A stretch of DNA of 64,000 bases from Candidatus Omnitrophota bacterium (GCA_043812495.1 JBDRMG010000047.1:43771-107770), one strand, 5' to 3'. Shown: positions 22,540-31,166, counted from the first letter of the stretch. The notes: generated by a model not told the origin, from the sequence alone. A program made the numbers and translations.

Positions 22540-22868
22540 GCCCGCAACACAAAAATCTTACCCTTGAAAAATGGAACCGGTTGTCTTTTATCGAGCAGAT
22601 GGCCAATATCGGTAGCGAGGTCGAGCGCGCCCTCAACTGGCGGGCCAGGCATCACGCGGCCTATTGTCAATTGGCTTTTGAGCGCGCCCTTGAGCTGTTG
22701 GATTTAACCCTAGAGAGCGTGAAAGGTTTTTCCCGCCTTAAAGAACTTACCCGCCTGCGGGAAGCGATGGCGGATTATTTTTTCGGGACAAACCGATTTC
22801 AGTATAACGAAGCGTCTCTAAAACAATACTTTCTGAACTTTGCCTACGCCGCCCGCCGGAATCGTTGA
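22536..22868 (+). CDS. Hypothetical protein (second of pair; GTG start)
   Basis: 110 aa. Overlaps the upstream stop by 4 bp. Confidence 0.4.
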   Translation: MSPQHKNLTLEKWNRLSFIEQMANIGSEVERALNWRARHHAAYCQLAFERALELLDLTLESVKGFSRLKELTRLREAMADYFFGTNRFQYNEASLKQYFLNFAYAARRNR

Positions 22869-22899
22869 TCAAAGAATAAAGACGCATTACCGGCGGCCT

Positions 22900-23300
22900 C
22901 CAGCCCATCTCCCTCCGGATTTTCTTCCTTGACATAGGGGGGATTTTTGTTAAATTGAGACCGTTGACCCTTACAACGGTCTCATCCTGAACGAAGTCGA
23001 AGGATTTGCGCACATGAGTTACATCTCCCGTTTCGCTTGGTCCGTAACTCATGGGGTTATCCAGGGGTGAAAGTCGTGGAAAAAACACAAAATTGAAAGC
23101 AAATTCCGGCAGCCCGCCATTGATTCATCGGCGGGCTGCCGATTCTATTTAAGCTCAGAAAAGATCGCAGACGTTGCCGGTCAATGATTATAGATTATAG
23201 TGTTTTCTTCTTCGCCCGCCACTAAATCGTTGGCGGGCTCGAAGTAAATTCGCCTCGTCACTTAGGTCATTTCATTCCATGAGTGACGGGCTCATTTAAG
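22900..23300. repeat. Array of heterogeneous hairpins, including a CTTCG-flanked GCCCGCCA REP at 23205-23250
   Basis: gagaccgttg…caacggtctc, catgagttac…gtaactcatg, cgcccgccactaaatcgttggcgggctcgaag and others. Confidence 0.65.
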
Positions 23301-23505
23301 CGGGTTTCGGACAAGGGCAATAATGTTTCGTTTGGATTAAGAGAAAATCGTACAGTAGACGAGTAAAATTTAAAGTTGATGTTTTAGAGGTCTCCTATAT
23401 TCGCTGCAAATAGTTTTCATATAATATAATTTATATAGTATAATAATGTCCATTAAGTTAATTACATCTGATATTTATAAGGGTACAATTTGTTAAAATA
23501 AGGAT

Positions 23506-24231
23506 ATGACTATGTTCCAAGCAAAAAATTTTAAAATTTTCTCATGTCAATGCTCAATATTTACTCCTCTATTAACCTTTTCTCCTAATAAAATCCATAT
23601 TGCTATTGCGGGTAAATATGCAGAAATTCTAAATGGCAATCCTGTTTTGTTACCTCTGCCAGAAGATGCCCCTAAAGAAATTCCAAGAATTATACTTTCT
23701 AGCGGAGATGGTAAATTAAAGTTAGAAATTGCAAATAGCAGAGTTAACTTTTTTCGATTTAGAAAAGAAAGCGATACTGAAATTGATTTTCCTTCTTTTT
23801 TAGAACTGAATTTATCTATTGTTAAAGATTACATAGAGTGCACTTCTGCAAAAATAGGTCGAATAGCATTAGTGATTAGACGTTTTGTGGAGACTGAAGA
23901 CCCGGGAAAAATATTAGCGAAGCATTTTTGTAAAGAGAAATTTTGTATGGAGGATTCCAAATTATCTTGTTTTAATAGACCCGAAAATTTCGAGATACAT
24001 TCACACAAAAAATATCCACTACCAAAAAGTAAAACAATTGTCAATAGTTGGGTAAGATGCAAAAGCGGTCTTTTAAAGAACATAAAACAGCCCATTGTTT
24101 TTGTTGAGCAAGATTTTAATACGTTGGCAGAAGATCAGGATAAATTAGATTATGACGCTGAAAGAATTGCAGCTTTTTACATGGAATCATTCAATGAACA
24201 AGCAGAAATTCTAAAGAAATATTTTCCGTAA
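23506..24231 (+). CDS. Hypothetical protein, gene 1 of a very AT-rich three-gene cassette (no recognisable domain)
   Basis: 241 aa ORF with RBS aagga. GC is far below the flanking DNA. 1 bp gap to the next ORF. Confidence 0.6.
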   Translation: MTMFQAKNFKIFSCQCSIFTPLLTFSPNKIHIAIAGKYAEILNGNPVLLPLPEDAPKEIPRIILSSGDGKLKLEIANSRVNFFRFRKESDTEIDFPSFLELNLSIVKDYIECTSAKIGRIALVIRRFVETEDPGKILAKHFCKEKFCMEDSKLSCFNRPENFEIHSHKKYPLPKSKTIVNSWVRCKSGLLKNIKQPIVFVEQDFNTLAEDQDKLDYDAERIAAFYMESFNEQAEILKKYFP

Positions 24232-24232
24232 A

Positions 24233-24970
24233 ATGGACAAAATACTTCAATTAAAAGATACAGGACAAAATAGATTGCCAACAATTGATTTAGGCGCAGA
24301 GTTAACTGCTACTTCTCTGGAGGGGTATAGCCTTCGCACATTTCCCTACGAAATGGAAAGAGATGTTTTAAATATTGAAAGTCGATCAAACAGAGCCGAA
24401 CCCTATAATATTGTCTTCTTTTATGACTTTTACAATTCGGTGATTACAACGTCAGAACGTGGAGAATTGAATAAATATGCAATTAATGTCGATACTGGTT
24501 TAAAATGGCATGCAGTAGATTTTGGTTATTTTCATGGAAGGACAGCTACAACTAGAACAAAAAATTTAATTGATCCAGTTGAAGTGGAGAAAGCAAGCAA
24601 GGGCCTTCTTACAATAATTCACAGGTTCCGTCAAATTGTCAACTTAAAAGAGGGTTGGGATACATACGCCGCAAAACCAATAAAGCAAGAAACAATCAAC
24701 CGTGCGATAGAATTTTTTTATAAAGTTCTTTTTAAAATTAATTATCGCTCACTTCCGATTCCTTTTGTCGTCCCCCTCGAAGATGGAGGAATATTTTTCG
24801 AGTGGAGAACTTGCTACAAAGAACTCCATCATACAATTCCAGAGGATATTGCAGAGCCGTATACATATTACAAGATTGATAAAACATTATTCGAGAATTT
24901 TGAAGAAGAGAAGGAAACTCGAGATATAGATGAAATTGTTGATTTAATAACAAGCTGGTTGCAAAAGTAA
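24233..24970 (+). CDS. Hypothetical protein, gene 2 of the AT-rich cassette
   Basis: 245 aa ORF, tightly spaced. No recognisable motif. Confidence 0.6.
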   Translation: MDKILQLKDTGQNRLPTIDLGAELTATSLEGYSLRTFPYEMERDVLNIESRSNRAEPYNIVFFYDFYNSVITTSERGELNKYAINVDTGLKWHAVDFGYFHGRTATTRTKNLIDPVEVEKASKGLLTIIHRFRQIVNLKEGWDTYAAKPIKQETINRAIEFFYKVLFKINYRSLPIPFVVPLEDGGIFFEWRTCYKELHHTIPEDIAEPYTYYKIDKTLFENFEEEKETRDIDEIVDLITSWLQK

Positions 24971-25344
24971 TGATTGGAATAATTCCTCCGGAAGATTTTC
25001 TATACAAACGGATTCCTCCTATCCACTGGCATTTTCAGGAAGATAGAGTATCCTCGGGTGCATTTAAAACCAGTAGATTAGTCCTGTCTGTTGATTGGGA
25101 CCAATATTCTACTCCTCAAAAGACCTTAGAGGGGTATCAAGGAAATGGACTAATTAAAATACAAGCAAAGTTCCCGAGGCAAAAAGAGCTAGCCGTTCTC
25201 CATAGACCTATCAAGGATGATCCCGTTGAAAAAGATAATCCCGCCCATAGTCATATTGAAGGTGCAAATCTTAATAAAGAATCAACAGCAAAATATCTCT
25301 TAGAAAATTCCATCCTGCTTGAAAAAGTTAACAAATCTTTGTAG
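24970..25344 (+). CDS. Hypothetical protein, gene 3 of the AT-rich cassette
   Basis: 124 aa ORF. Its ATGA start overlaps the gene 2 stop. No recognisable motif. Confidence 0.55.
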   Translation: MIGIIPPEDFLYKRIPPIHWHFQEDRVSSGAFKTSRLVLSVDWDQYSTPQKTLEGYQGNGLIKIQAKFPRQKELAVLHRPIKDDPVEKDNPAHSHIEGANLNKESTAKYLLENSILLEKVNKSL

Positions 25345-25379
25345 ACGTTGTCCGTAATCATTTAGCATAAAAAAATAAT

Positions 25380-25500
25380 TTAGACCGTTTCTAAATTTAT
25401 TTTTTAGTGGTAACCCCACGCTCCTCTTGTTCATCGGAGCTTTGGGGTAAATTCGCACCTATGGTTTACGTTCCGTAAACCATGTGCTCATTTATGAATA
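25380..25500. repeat. Hairpin repeats abutting the 5' end of the YhcG-N/SNase gene
   Basis: gtggtaacccc / ggggtaa and aattcgcacctatggtttacgttccgtaaaccatgtgctcat hairpins. Confidence 0.6.
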
Positions 25501-25633
25501 AACCTCTAACAAATCCAACACCTATCCCACCCTCGTCAAGAACATCCAATCCGAACTCTCAAACCTTGAATTCTTCATCAAGCGCCAGACGGCGGAATCC
25601 TACTGGAAAGTCGGGAAATTCATTCATGAGCAT

Positions 25634-26479
25634 TTGCTCGAGAATAAAAAGCGGGCGGGATATGGAGAAAGCCTTTACGAACGGCTGTCGAAGGACGTTG
25701 GCAAGGACGCAAGCACGTTAAGCAAAACCGTCCGATTTTACCGCACCTACCCAATTTTGGACCGCGGTCCAAAATTGTCCTGGACCCATTATCGGAAATT
25801 GATCACCGTCAAAGACCAAAAAGAGCGAAAGAAACTTGAGGCGCAGATTGTTCAGAAGAATTGGGACGGCCAAAAACTTCAGAATTATCTAAATACCAAA
25901 CGTGAGCTGGAAACCGGCAAAGACGACCGCAAACCTATTGCGCAACTCAAATTGACCCGCGGCCGGCCGGATGTTTTTGAGGTCATCAAAAGCGACGACG
26001 CCGGGGCTGATTCAGAACTTATTTTGGATTATGGGTTTCGGGTCACGTGCGCGTTGCCACCGGCCGTTGGTTTTAAGCCCAAAGAAGGGGATTTCGTCCA
26101 GCTCAACCGTGACAGCAAACGTCCGACAATCACAAAGGCAGACGTTAAGAAAGACGAAATCTATACCTACGAAGCCAGGGTGAAAAAGGTCATTGACGGC
26201 GATACTCTTTTGGTAAAAATTGATATTGATTTTGGAATCAGCATCAGGCAAAAACTTCGCCTGCGCGGAATCGATTGCCCGGAAATGGACACCGACGAAG
26301 GTAAGGCCGCCAAAAAATTTGTCGAGGACCGCCTCAAGGGTCTTGACTTTATCATCATCAAAACATTTAAGGATTCGACGGATAAATATGACAGATATTT
26401 GGCTGATGTGTTTTATGGCGAAGAGCAGGAATTTTTGAACCAGGAATTATTAAATGAACGGTTGGCAATGGTGTATTGA
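25634..26479 (+). CDS. YhcG/DUF1016-type N-terminal domain fused to a staphylococcal-nuclease-like (SNase) domain
   Basis: The N-region has YGESLYERLS…TVRFYRTYP…LSWTHYRKLITV. The C-region is SNase-like (GDTLLVKIDIDFG…LRLRGIDCPE…DRYLADVF). In-frame similarity extends upstream to about 25502 with no ATG, so the start is uncertain or the 5' end is disrupted by the hairpin element. Confidence 0.6.
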   Translation: MLENKKRAGYGESLYERLSKDVGKDASTLSKTVRFYRTYPILDRGPKLSWTHYRKLITVKDQKERKKLEAQIVQKNWDGQKLQNYLNTKRELETGKDDRKPIAQLKLTRGRPDVFEVIKSDDAGADSELILDYGFRVTCALPPAVGFKPKEGDFVQLNRDSKRPTITKADVKKDEIYTYEARVKKVIDGDTLLVKIDIDFGISIRQKLRLRGIDCPEMDTDEGKAAKKFVEDRLKGLDFIIIKTFKDSTDKYDRYLADVFYGEEQEFLNQELLNERLAMVY

Positions 26480-26489
26480 TTCTGCTTCG

Positions 26490-26935
26490 CTGCAATGTTC
26501 TCATGTTGCAGCTTCGCAGAATGGATCACTTAGGAATTGTGAAAAGACAGACCACGGGTTTACCCGTGGTGGGTTGCCAAAGGTTTTTCGTGAGCGAAGC
26601 TCACGTAATATACATGGAACCACGGGTTTGCCCGTGGGGATCCATTTGCAGAATATATTGGATTGTTTTCTTCTTCGCCCGCCACTAAATCGTTGGCGGG
26701 CTCGAAGTAAATTAGGTCAGTGACTTATGTTCCTCTAAATGACGTCGCAACTTATGGAGCGAAGCGAACATAAGTTGCTTGACGGAATTTACTCCGTACC
26801 TTTGAGATATGTTGAATTATTTGCTAAAGGTGCGGAACTAATTCGTACAGTCACTTATGTTCATTCACTTTGTTCACTCCATAAGTGACGCACCCATGAG
26901 CCGTCCATAAGTCACGACCTCATTTAAATCAGGAG
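26490..26935. repeat. Hairpin-repeat array (REP plus heterogeneous hairpins)
   Basis: Includes tgcttcgctgcaatgttctcatgttgcagcttcgca, ccacgggtttacccgtgg twice, a CTTCG-flanked REP and cacttatg…cataagtg units. Confidence 0.65.
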
Positions 26936-27088
26936 CTTCTGGATAAGAGGCTGGCGGCGATATACTGATGGCAGACCACCTCCCCTCCCTCCGGGAACGG
27001 AGGCGGCTTAGAAAATAGGGGAAGACACTATAACGCCTTGACATTGTAGCGTTATAGTGCTATACTTCTTATAGCGAAAGGAGCCAAG

Positions 27089-27322
27089 ATGATTAAGCTC
27101 AGCAAACGATCGACCATCTATTTTGACCCGCAAGTGCATAAAATTCTTAAATATAAAGCTATCGAAAGCTCACGTTCCGTCTCAGAGATTGTCCATGATG
27201 CGATCTTGCACGAATTAGCCGAAGACAAAGAGGATTTGGAAGCCTTTTCCAAACGCGCCCATGAGCCGACCGTATCTTTTGAAGCCTTGTTAAAAGAGCT
27301 GAAATTAGATGGCAAAATATAA
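27089..27322 (+). CDS. Ribbon-helix-helix (CopG/ParD-like) antitoxin
   Basis: 77 aa RHH-like N-terminus (TIYFDPQVHKILKYKA…SVSEIVHDAI). Overlaps the downstream toxin gene. Confidence 0.7.
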   Translation: MIKLSKRSTIYFDPQVHKILKYKAIESSRSVSEIVHDAILHELAEDKEDLEAFSKRAHEPTVSFEALLKELKLDGKI

Positions 27323-27569
27323 GATTGAGATTAAAAAAAGCGCTGTTAAAGAAGTCAAACAGCTTCCCGCCAAGGATATTAAGAAAATCCTGAAGAAAAT
27401 TATGGACCTCGGAGATGATCCCCACCCGCCGGACAGCAAGAAATTATCCGGTCATGATCGATATCGCCTTCGCTACCGGCATTATCGAATTCTTTATGAA
27501 ATTGTCGAAGATATTCTCATTATTTATGTTGTTAGAATCGGACATCGAAAAGATATTTACAGGAAGTAA
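27309..27569 (+). CDS. RelE/ParE-family toxin
   Basis: 86 aa with the RelE/ParE C-terminal signature (YRLRY…RILYEIVED…IYVVRIGHRKDIY). Overlaps the antitoxin by 14 bp. Confidence 0.75.
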   Translation: MAKYKIEIKKSAVKEVKQLPAKDIKKILKKIMDLGDDPHPPDSKKLSGHDRYRLRYRHYRILYEIVEDILIIYVVRIGHRKDIYRK

Positions 27570-27802
27570 AGAGATTGTAAACGTTGTCAGCAAATGATGA
27601 TAAAGGTTTCTTCTTTGTTCCGCCGCTGAAGCGTTGGCAAACCATCTTCGTTTTCGGATGGAAGGTGGTTCAAAATTTGTTTGCAGGATTTTGGCGAACA
27701 AAAAGTTTCGGATAACGCCTTTAATTTTTAATTTTGTTAATTCCCGCCACTTTCGAGTCATTCCTCAATTTTTCCCCTTGGCATAAAATTCCTAAAATCT
27801 TT

Positions 27803-27831
27803 TTGACACCCACACATGCGTGTGGTATCAT
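27803..27831 (+). promoter_or_regulatory. Near-perfect sigma70 promoter (TTGACA, 17 bp, TATCAT) whose spacer is an inverted repeat (CCACAC-atgc-GTGTGG)
   Basis: ttgaca at 27803-27808 and tatcat at 27826-27831. The palindromic spacer is a candidate operator. No convincing ORF follows within 250 bp. Confidence 0.5.
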
Positions 27832-27894
27832 ATTTCTATTCAATCAACAATGGCAAAGATGTCTAAATGGTTGAAATATAAAATTGTATTTGCT

Positions 27895-27990
27895 CTATCC
27901 CCGCCGCATTCTTGCAGAATGCAAGAGGCGGGGTCCATTCGCACTGATCAGTTACGTTCCCTACGGTCACGTAACTGATGTGCTCATGGA
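27895..27990. repeat. Hairpin repeats: CCCCGCCGCATTCTTGCAGAATGCAAGAGGCGGGG (also at 1128-1165) plus a cagttacg…cgtaactg hairpin
   Basis: Read directly from the sequence. There is a near-identical copy near 1130. Confidence 0.6.
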
Positions 27991-28044
27991 AAAGAACGAT
28001 TCCCGAATGATTTCATGTTTTGCTTAACCAGAAAAGAAAGAGAT

Positions 28045-28071
28045 GAACCGGTGATAATTTGGCACCGGTTC
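28045..28071. promoter_or_regulatory. Perfect 9 bp inverted repeat GAACCGGTG-N9-CACCGGTTC about 35 bp upstream of dinD-lexA; candidate LexA (SOS) operator
   Basis: The palindrome encloses a GATAAT -10-like hexamer. The downstream genes are dinD and lexA, separated by 38 bp. Confidence 0.45.
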
Positions 28072-28105
28072 AAGACAATGAAACGTTTCTAATCCGAGTA
28101 ACTTT

Positions 28106-28960
28106 ATGACAAGCGAAAATTCAATTCAAAAAGACCATCCATCGACCTTTGAAGCATTGCGGAAAGTCAATCAATATGGCCAGGATTATTGGTCTGCGCG
28201 CGAACTCGCTAAAATTCTGGGTTATTCTGAATTTCGCCACTTTCTTCCGGTTGTTAATAAAGCCAAGGAAGCGTGTCAAAATAGTAATCAAAATATTGCC
28301 GACCATTTCGAGGATGTCCTCGAAATGGTCTCGATAGGTTCTGGGGCACAACGTGAAATACAAGAGATAAGGCTCTCTCGTTATGCCTGTTATTTGATTG
28401 TCCAGAACGCTGACCCGGCCAAACCCATCGTGGCCGTTGGTCAGACATATTTTGCCGTTCAAACAAGAAAACAGGAAATCATTGAACAGGCTGATTATCG
28501 TAAGCTAAAGACAGAAAATGAAAAGCGGCTTTTCCTGCGTAATGAGCTCAAAGTTCATAATAAAAAATTAGCCGGCGTTGCTAAGGATGCCGGAGTTATC
28601 GCACCTCTTGATTATGCGATTTTTCAAGATCATGGCTACAAAGGTTTATACGGTGGATTTACCTCAAAGGATATTCACCGGCGAAAAGGGCTTAAGAAAA
28701 ACCAGCAGATCTTGGACCACATGGGCAGCACTGAGCTGGCGGCCAATCTTTTCCGAGCTACCCAAACCGAAGAAAAATTAAAGAGGGATAATGTTCAAGA
28801 CAAGACTAGGGCCAATGTGGTTCATTATGAGGTTGGCAAGAAAGTCCGGGAAACTATTGGAGCGCTTGGCAGCACCATGCCGGAAAATCTGCCAGTAGTT
28901 AAGAATATTAAGCTTATCCAGGCAAAGAGACGAAAAAGATTAAGAAATACGAAGCCATAA
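28106..28960 (+). CDS. dinD: DNA-damage-inducible protein D
   Basis: The translation aligns by eye to E. coli DinD (…YWSARELAKILGYSEFRHF…GAQREIQEIRLSRYACYLIV…QTYFAVQTRKQEIIEQ). Confidence 0.8.
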   Translation: MTSENSIQKDHPSTFEALRKVNQYGQDYWSARELAKILGYSEFRHFLPVVNKAKEACQNSNQNIADHFEDVLEMVSIGSGAQREIQEIRLSRYACYLIVQNADPAKPIVAVGQTYFAVQTRKQEIIEQADYRKLKTENEKRLFLRNELKVHNKKLAGVAKDAGVIAPLDYAIFQDHGYKGLYGGFTSKDIHRRKGLKKNQQILDHMGSTELAANLFRATQTEEKLKRDNVQDKTRANVVHYEVGKKVRETIGALGSTMPENLPVVKNIKLIQAKRRKRLRNTKP

Positions 28961-28998
28961 ATTCACTTAACAGAACAGGAACCTATCGGAGAAAACCC

Positions 28999-29598
28999 AT
29001 GGAAGAGCGACAGAAGCTTACCCCCAAACAAAAGAAGGTTTTACGGTTTATCTACGAAGAGATTAAGAATAGCCGCTTGCCTCCGACCATTCGCGAAATT
29101 GCCGAACAATTCGGGTTCAGCTCAACCGGCACTGTGCGCGATTATCTTCGGGCCCTTGTTTCCAAAGGCTATATCAAGATTTCCGCTGGGAAATCCAGGG
29201 CGATTGAACTTGTCAAAGAGGCCCTTTTTCAGGTACCTGTGGTCGGCTCTGTTGCGGCCGGGCATCCGACTCTGGCCGTTGAAGATATCGAAGGATACCT
29301 TGATTTGGATTCGCTTGTTTATCCGGAGGATGATTATTTTGCGCTTCGGGTGAAAGGCGACAGCATGATCGACGCCGGAATTTTACCGAATGATTTTGTT
29401 CTCATCAGGCGTCAGCAGGTGGCTGAAGTCGGAGAGATTGTTGTGGCATTGATCGATGATGAAGCGACCGTAAAAACTCTCGCTAAGCGCGGGGACAAAT
29501 TCTTTCTTGAGCCGGCCAATGCGCGCTACAAACCTATCCCTGTGACCCGCGACACCGTTATTATCGGCAAAGTACTTAATATTATCCGCAAGTATTAG
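28999..29598 (+). CDS. lexA: LexA repressor (S24 peptidase)
   Basis: N-terminal winged HTH (LTPKQKKVLRFIYEEI…PTIREIAEQFGFSSTGTVRDYLRAL). Ala-Gly cleavage site (VAAGHP). C-terminal GDSM and Lys catalytic dyad. Confidence 0.85.
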   Translation: MEERQKLTPKQKKVLRFIYEEIKNSRLPPTIREIAEQFGFSSTGTVRDYLRALVSKGYIKISAGKSRAIELVKEALFQVPVVGSVAAGHPTLAVEDIEGYLDLDSLVYPEDDYFALRVKGDSMIDAGILPNDFVLIRRQQVAEVGEIVVALIDDEATVKTLAKRGDKFFLEPANARYKPIPVTRDTVIIGKVLNIIRKY

Positions 29599-29654
29599 CG
29601 TTTAGCGGATAGCGTATAGCGTTTAGGGGTTAGGGTAAGATCAAGAAATTCAGA

Positions 29655-29981
29655 ATGGAATGTGATCAGAAACGTTACGAGCAACTCCAAATTCAGCAAG
29701 AACAAGAGTGGGAATCCGCTTGCGTATCCTGCGGAGCTTGTTGTGGTGCCCTGGACGATGATCCCTGCGAGCATTTGATTCAAATCAGCCCAACCCGTTA
29801 CCGCTGTAATACTTACAGCAATCGCTATGGGACATACAAAACACACAAAGGCCGTACGTTGACCTGCGTTCCCATCCGGAAAATCCTTCATGCCTCGTGG
29901 CCCGGAGACAGGCTTTGTGCCTACAAATCCCGCCATTTAAGAAAAGCATGGAGCCCCATGGGCAAGCCCGTGTTTCATTGA
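29655..29981 (+). CDS. Cys-rich protein with CxxCxxCC (putative Fe/Zn-chelating, YkgJ-like) motif
   Basis: CVSCGACCG and additional Cys residues. 108 aa. Confidence 0.45.
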   Translation: MECDQKRYEQLQIQQEQEWESACVSCGACCGALDDDPCEHLIQISPTRYRCNTYSNRYGTYKTHKGRTLTCVPIRKILHASWPGDRLCAYKSRHLRKAWSPMGKPVFH

Positions 29982-29984
29982 AAA

Positions 29985-30535
29985 CATATTCTGCTTCGCC
30001 CAAATGTCCTTCGACTTTCGCTCCATTAGAGCGAGAGTCGAACCATTTTCACGTTTGGGCTTCGCAGGAATTATCCGCCTTACATTAATCGGGCTTGACC
30101 ATGCGGGCGGAATCTCGCCGAAGCATGCTTACGCATTCTCCTACAGGCAAGCCCACAGCCCTCTTGCCGAATTCAAGATTCGCCTCTGGCGAGCTGCGAA
30201 GGCGGATAAAATCTGGCCTCGCTGACTTGCCATTTGGAAAAAATCGGTTATACTTTAAATGCGGATAAATCCGCAAAACTATGCCACGGAAAAATGTAAA
30301 ACTTTCCTCCGTGGCATTTTTATTCTACTTCGCCGAATACCCTGCTGCTTGTTGCGGGGATAAAGGCGAAGTAGAACCCTACGAAGCTCCCAAACGAGTT
30401 CTGCGAAGCTTTAGCGAAGCAGAACGAAAGTTTTGGAGCGTAGTAGGGTTGGGTATTCGGTCCTCCTTCGCCAAGGCTTCGGAGGGATTCTGCGAAGCTT
30501 TAGCGAAGCAGAACTTCAAAGAATGAAACATCCAA
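29985..30535. repeat. Dense palindromic repeat region of the TTCG-hairpin superfamily, including a duplicated ttctgcgaagctttagcgaagcagaac unit
   Basis: ttctgcTTCgcccaaa…tttgggcTTCgcaggaa. The 28 nt unit occurs at 30396 and 30488. Fragments of the 115 nt element are also present. Confidence 0.65.
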
Positions 30536-30601
30536 GACTTCCCATGAGATATCCCAGAGCTTGCTACGGGGAGGTTCATTTTACAAAGCGAGGTTCTCAG
30601 A

Positions 30602-31015
30602 ATGATCAGCGGATACCGATTAGAGCGGCGACGATACAAACGATTAAGACTCACCCTGTCCGTCATGTATTGGATTGAAAGCCCTGCCTATGTCAAAAGA
30701 ATCCTTCAAAGCCGCATTTATGAAGGCCGGACGGTTGATTTGAGCGAAGGAGGCGTGGCCCTGGCGGTCAACCATTATTTGCCTTTGCGCACAAAACTTT
30801 GCTTGCGCTTTGTCTTGATCGAAGCCAGTTCCACCGGCGATGCTCATTTCTATAATACGCTGGAGATTGCAGGAGAGGTGCGCTCAACGGTGACATCTGT
30901 CCATCACGAATACCGCTTAGGTGTCTGTTTCGAAGGGCTGTCCTTTGAAAAAAGACGCAGAATCAATGATATCCTTTTCTCTTCCCTAAGACCTGAGTCC
31001 GTAGGCATCGGCTAG
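30602..31015 (+). CDS. PilZ-domain protein (c-di-GMP binding)
   Basis: RRRYKR and DLSEGGVAL motifs, matching RxxxR … D/NxSxGG. Confidence 0.65.
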   Translation: MISGYRLERRRYKRLRLTLSVMYWIESPAYVKRILQSRIYEGRTVDLSEGGVALAVNHYLPLRTKLCLRFVLIEASSTGDAHFYNTLEIAGEVRSTVTSVHHEYRLGVCFEGLSFEKRRRINDILFSSLRPESVGIG

Positions 31016-31166
31016 TGCCGCCCCAACTAACATATGCTGAATATGCTCTATCTGATCTAAAGGCAGAAGGAGAGATGAATATTACGCAGAAGAAAGTTGG
31101 GGGCGGCACTAGGTTTCTTGTCTTTTATCTTGCCCAAAGAAACATTCAGAGCTACAATAATGCGTC

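Noticed and set aside
25482-25721. 79 aa ORF upstream of the YhcG-N/SNase gene
   Set aside because: It is in a different frame from the clear YhcG-N similarity, which continues upstream of the annotated start. It is Ser/Pro/Arg-rich and low-complexity. It is an out-of-frame overlap artefact.
27850-27963. 37-codon ORF (MAKMSKWLKYKIVFALSPPHSCRMQEAGSIRTDQLRSLRSRN) after the strong promoter at 27803
   Set aside because: There is no Shine-Dalgarno. The second half is encoded by two repeat hairpins. It is possible but unsupported.
30004-30526. Small ORFs 30004..30225, 30085..30276(-), 30281..30526, 30379..30666(-), 30433..30678
   Set aside because: All sit in the dense palindromic repeat region with mutually overlapping frames. 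They are repeat-derived.
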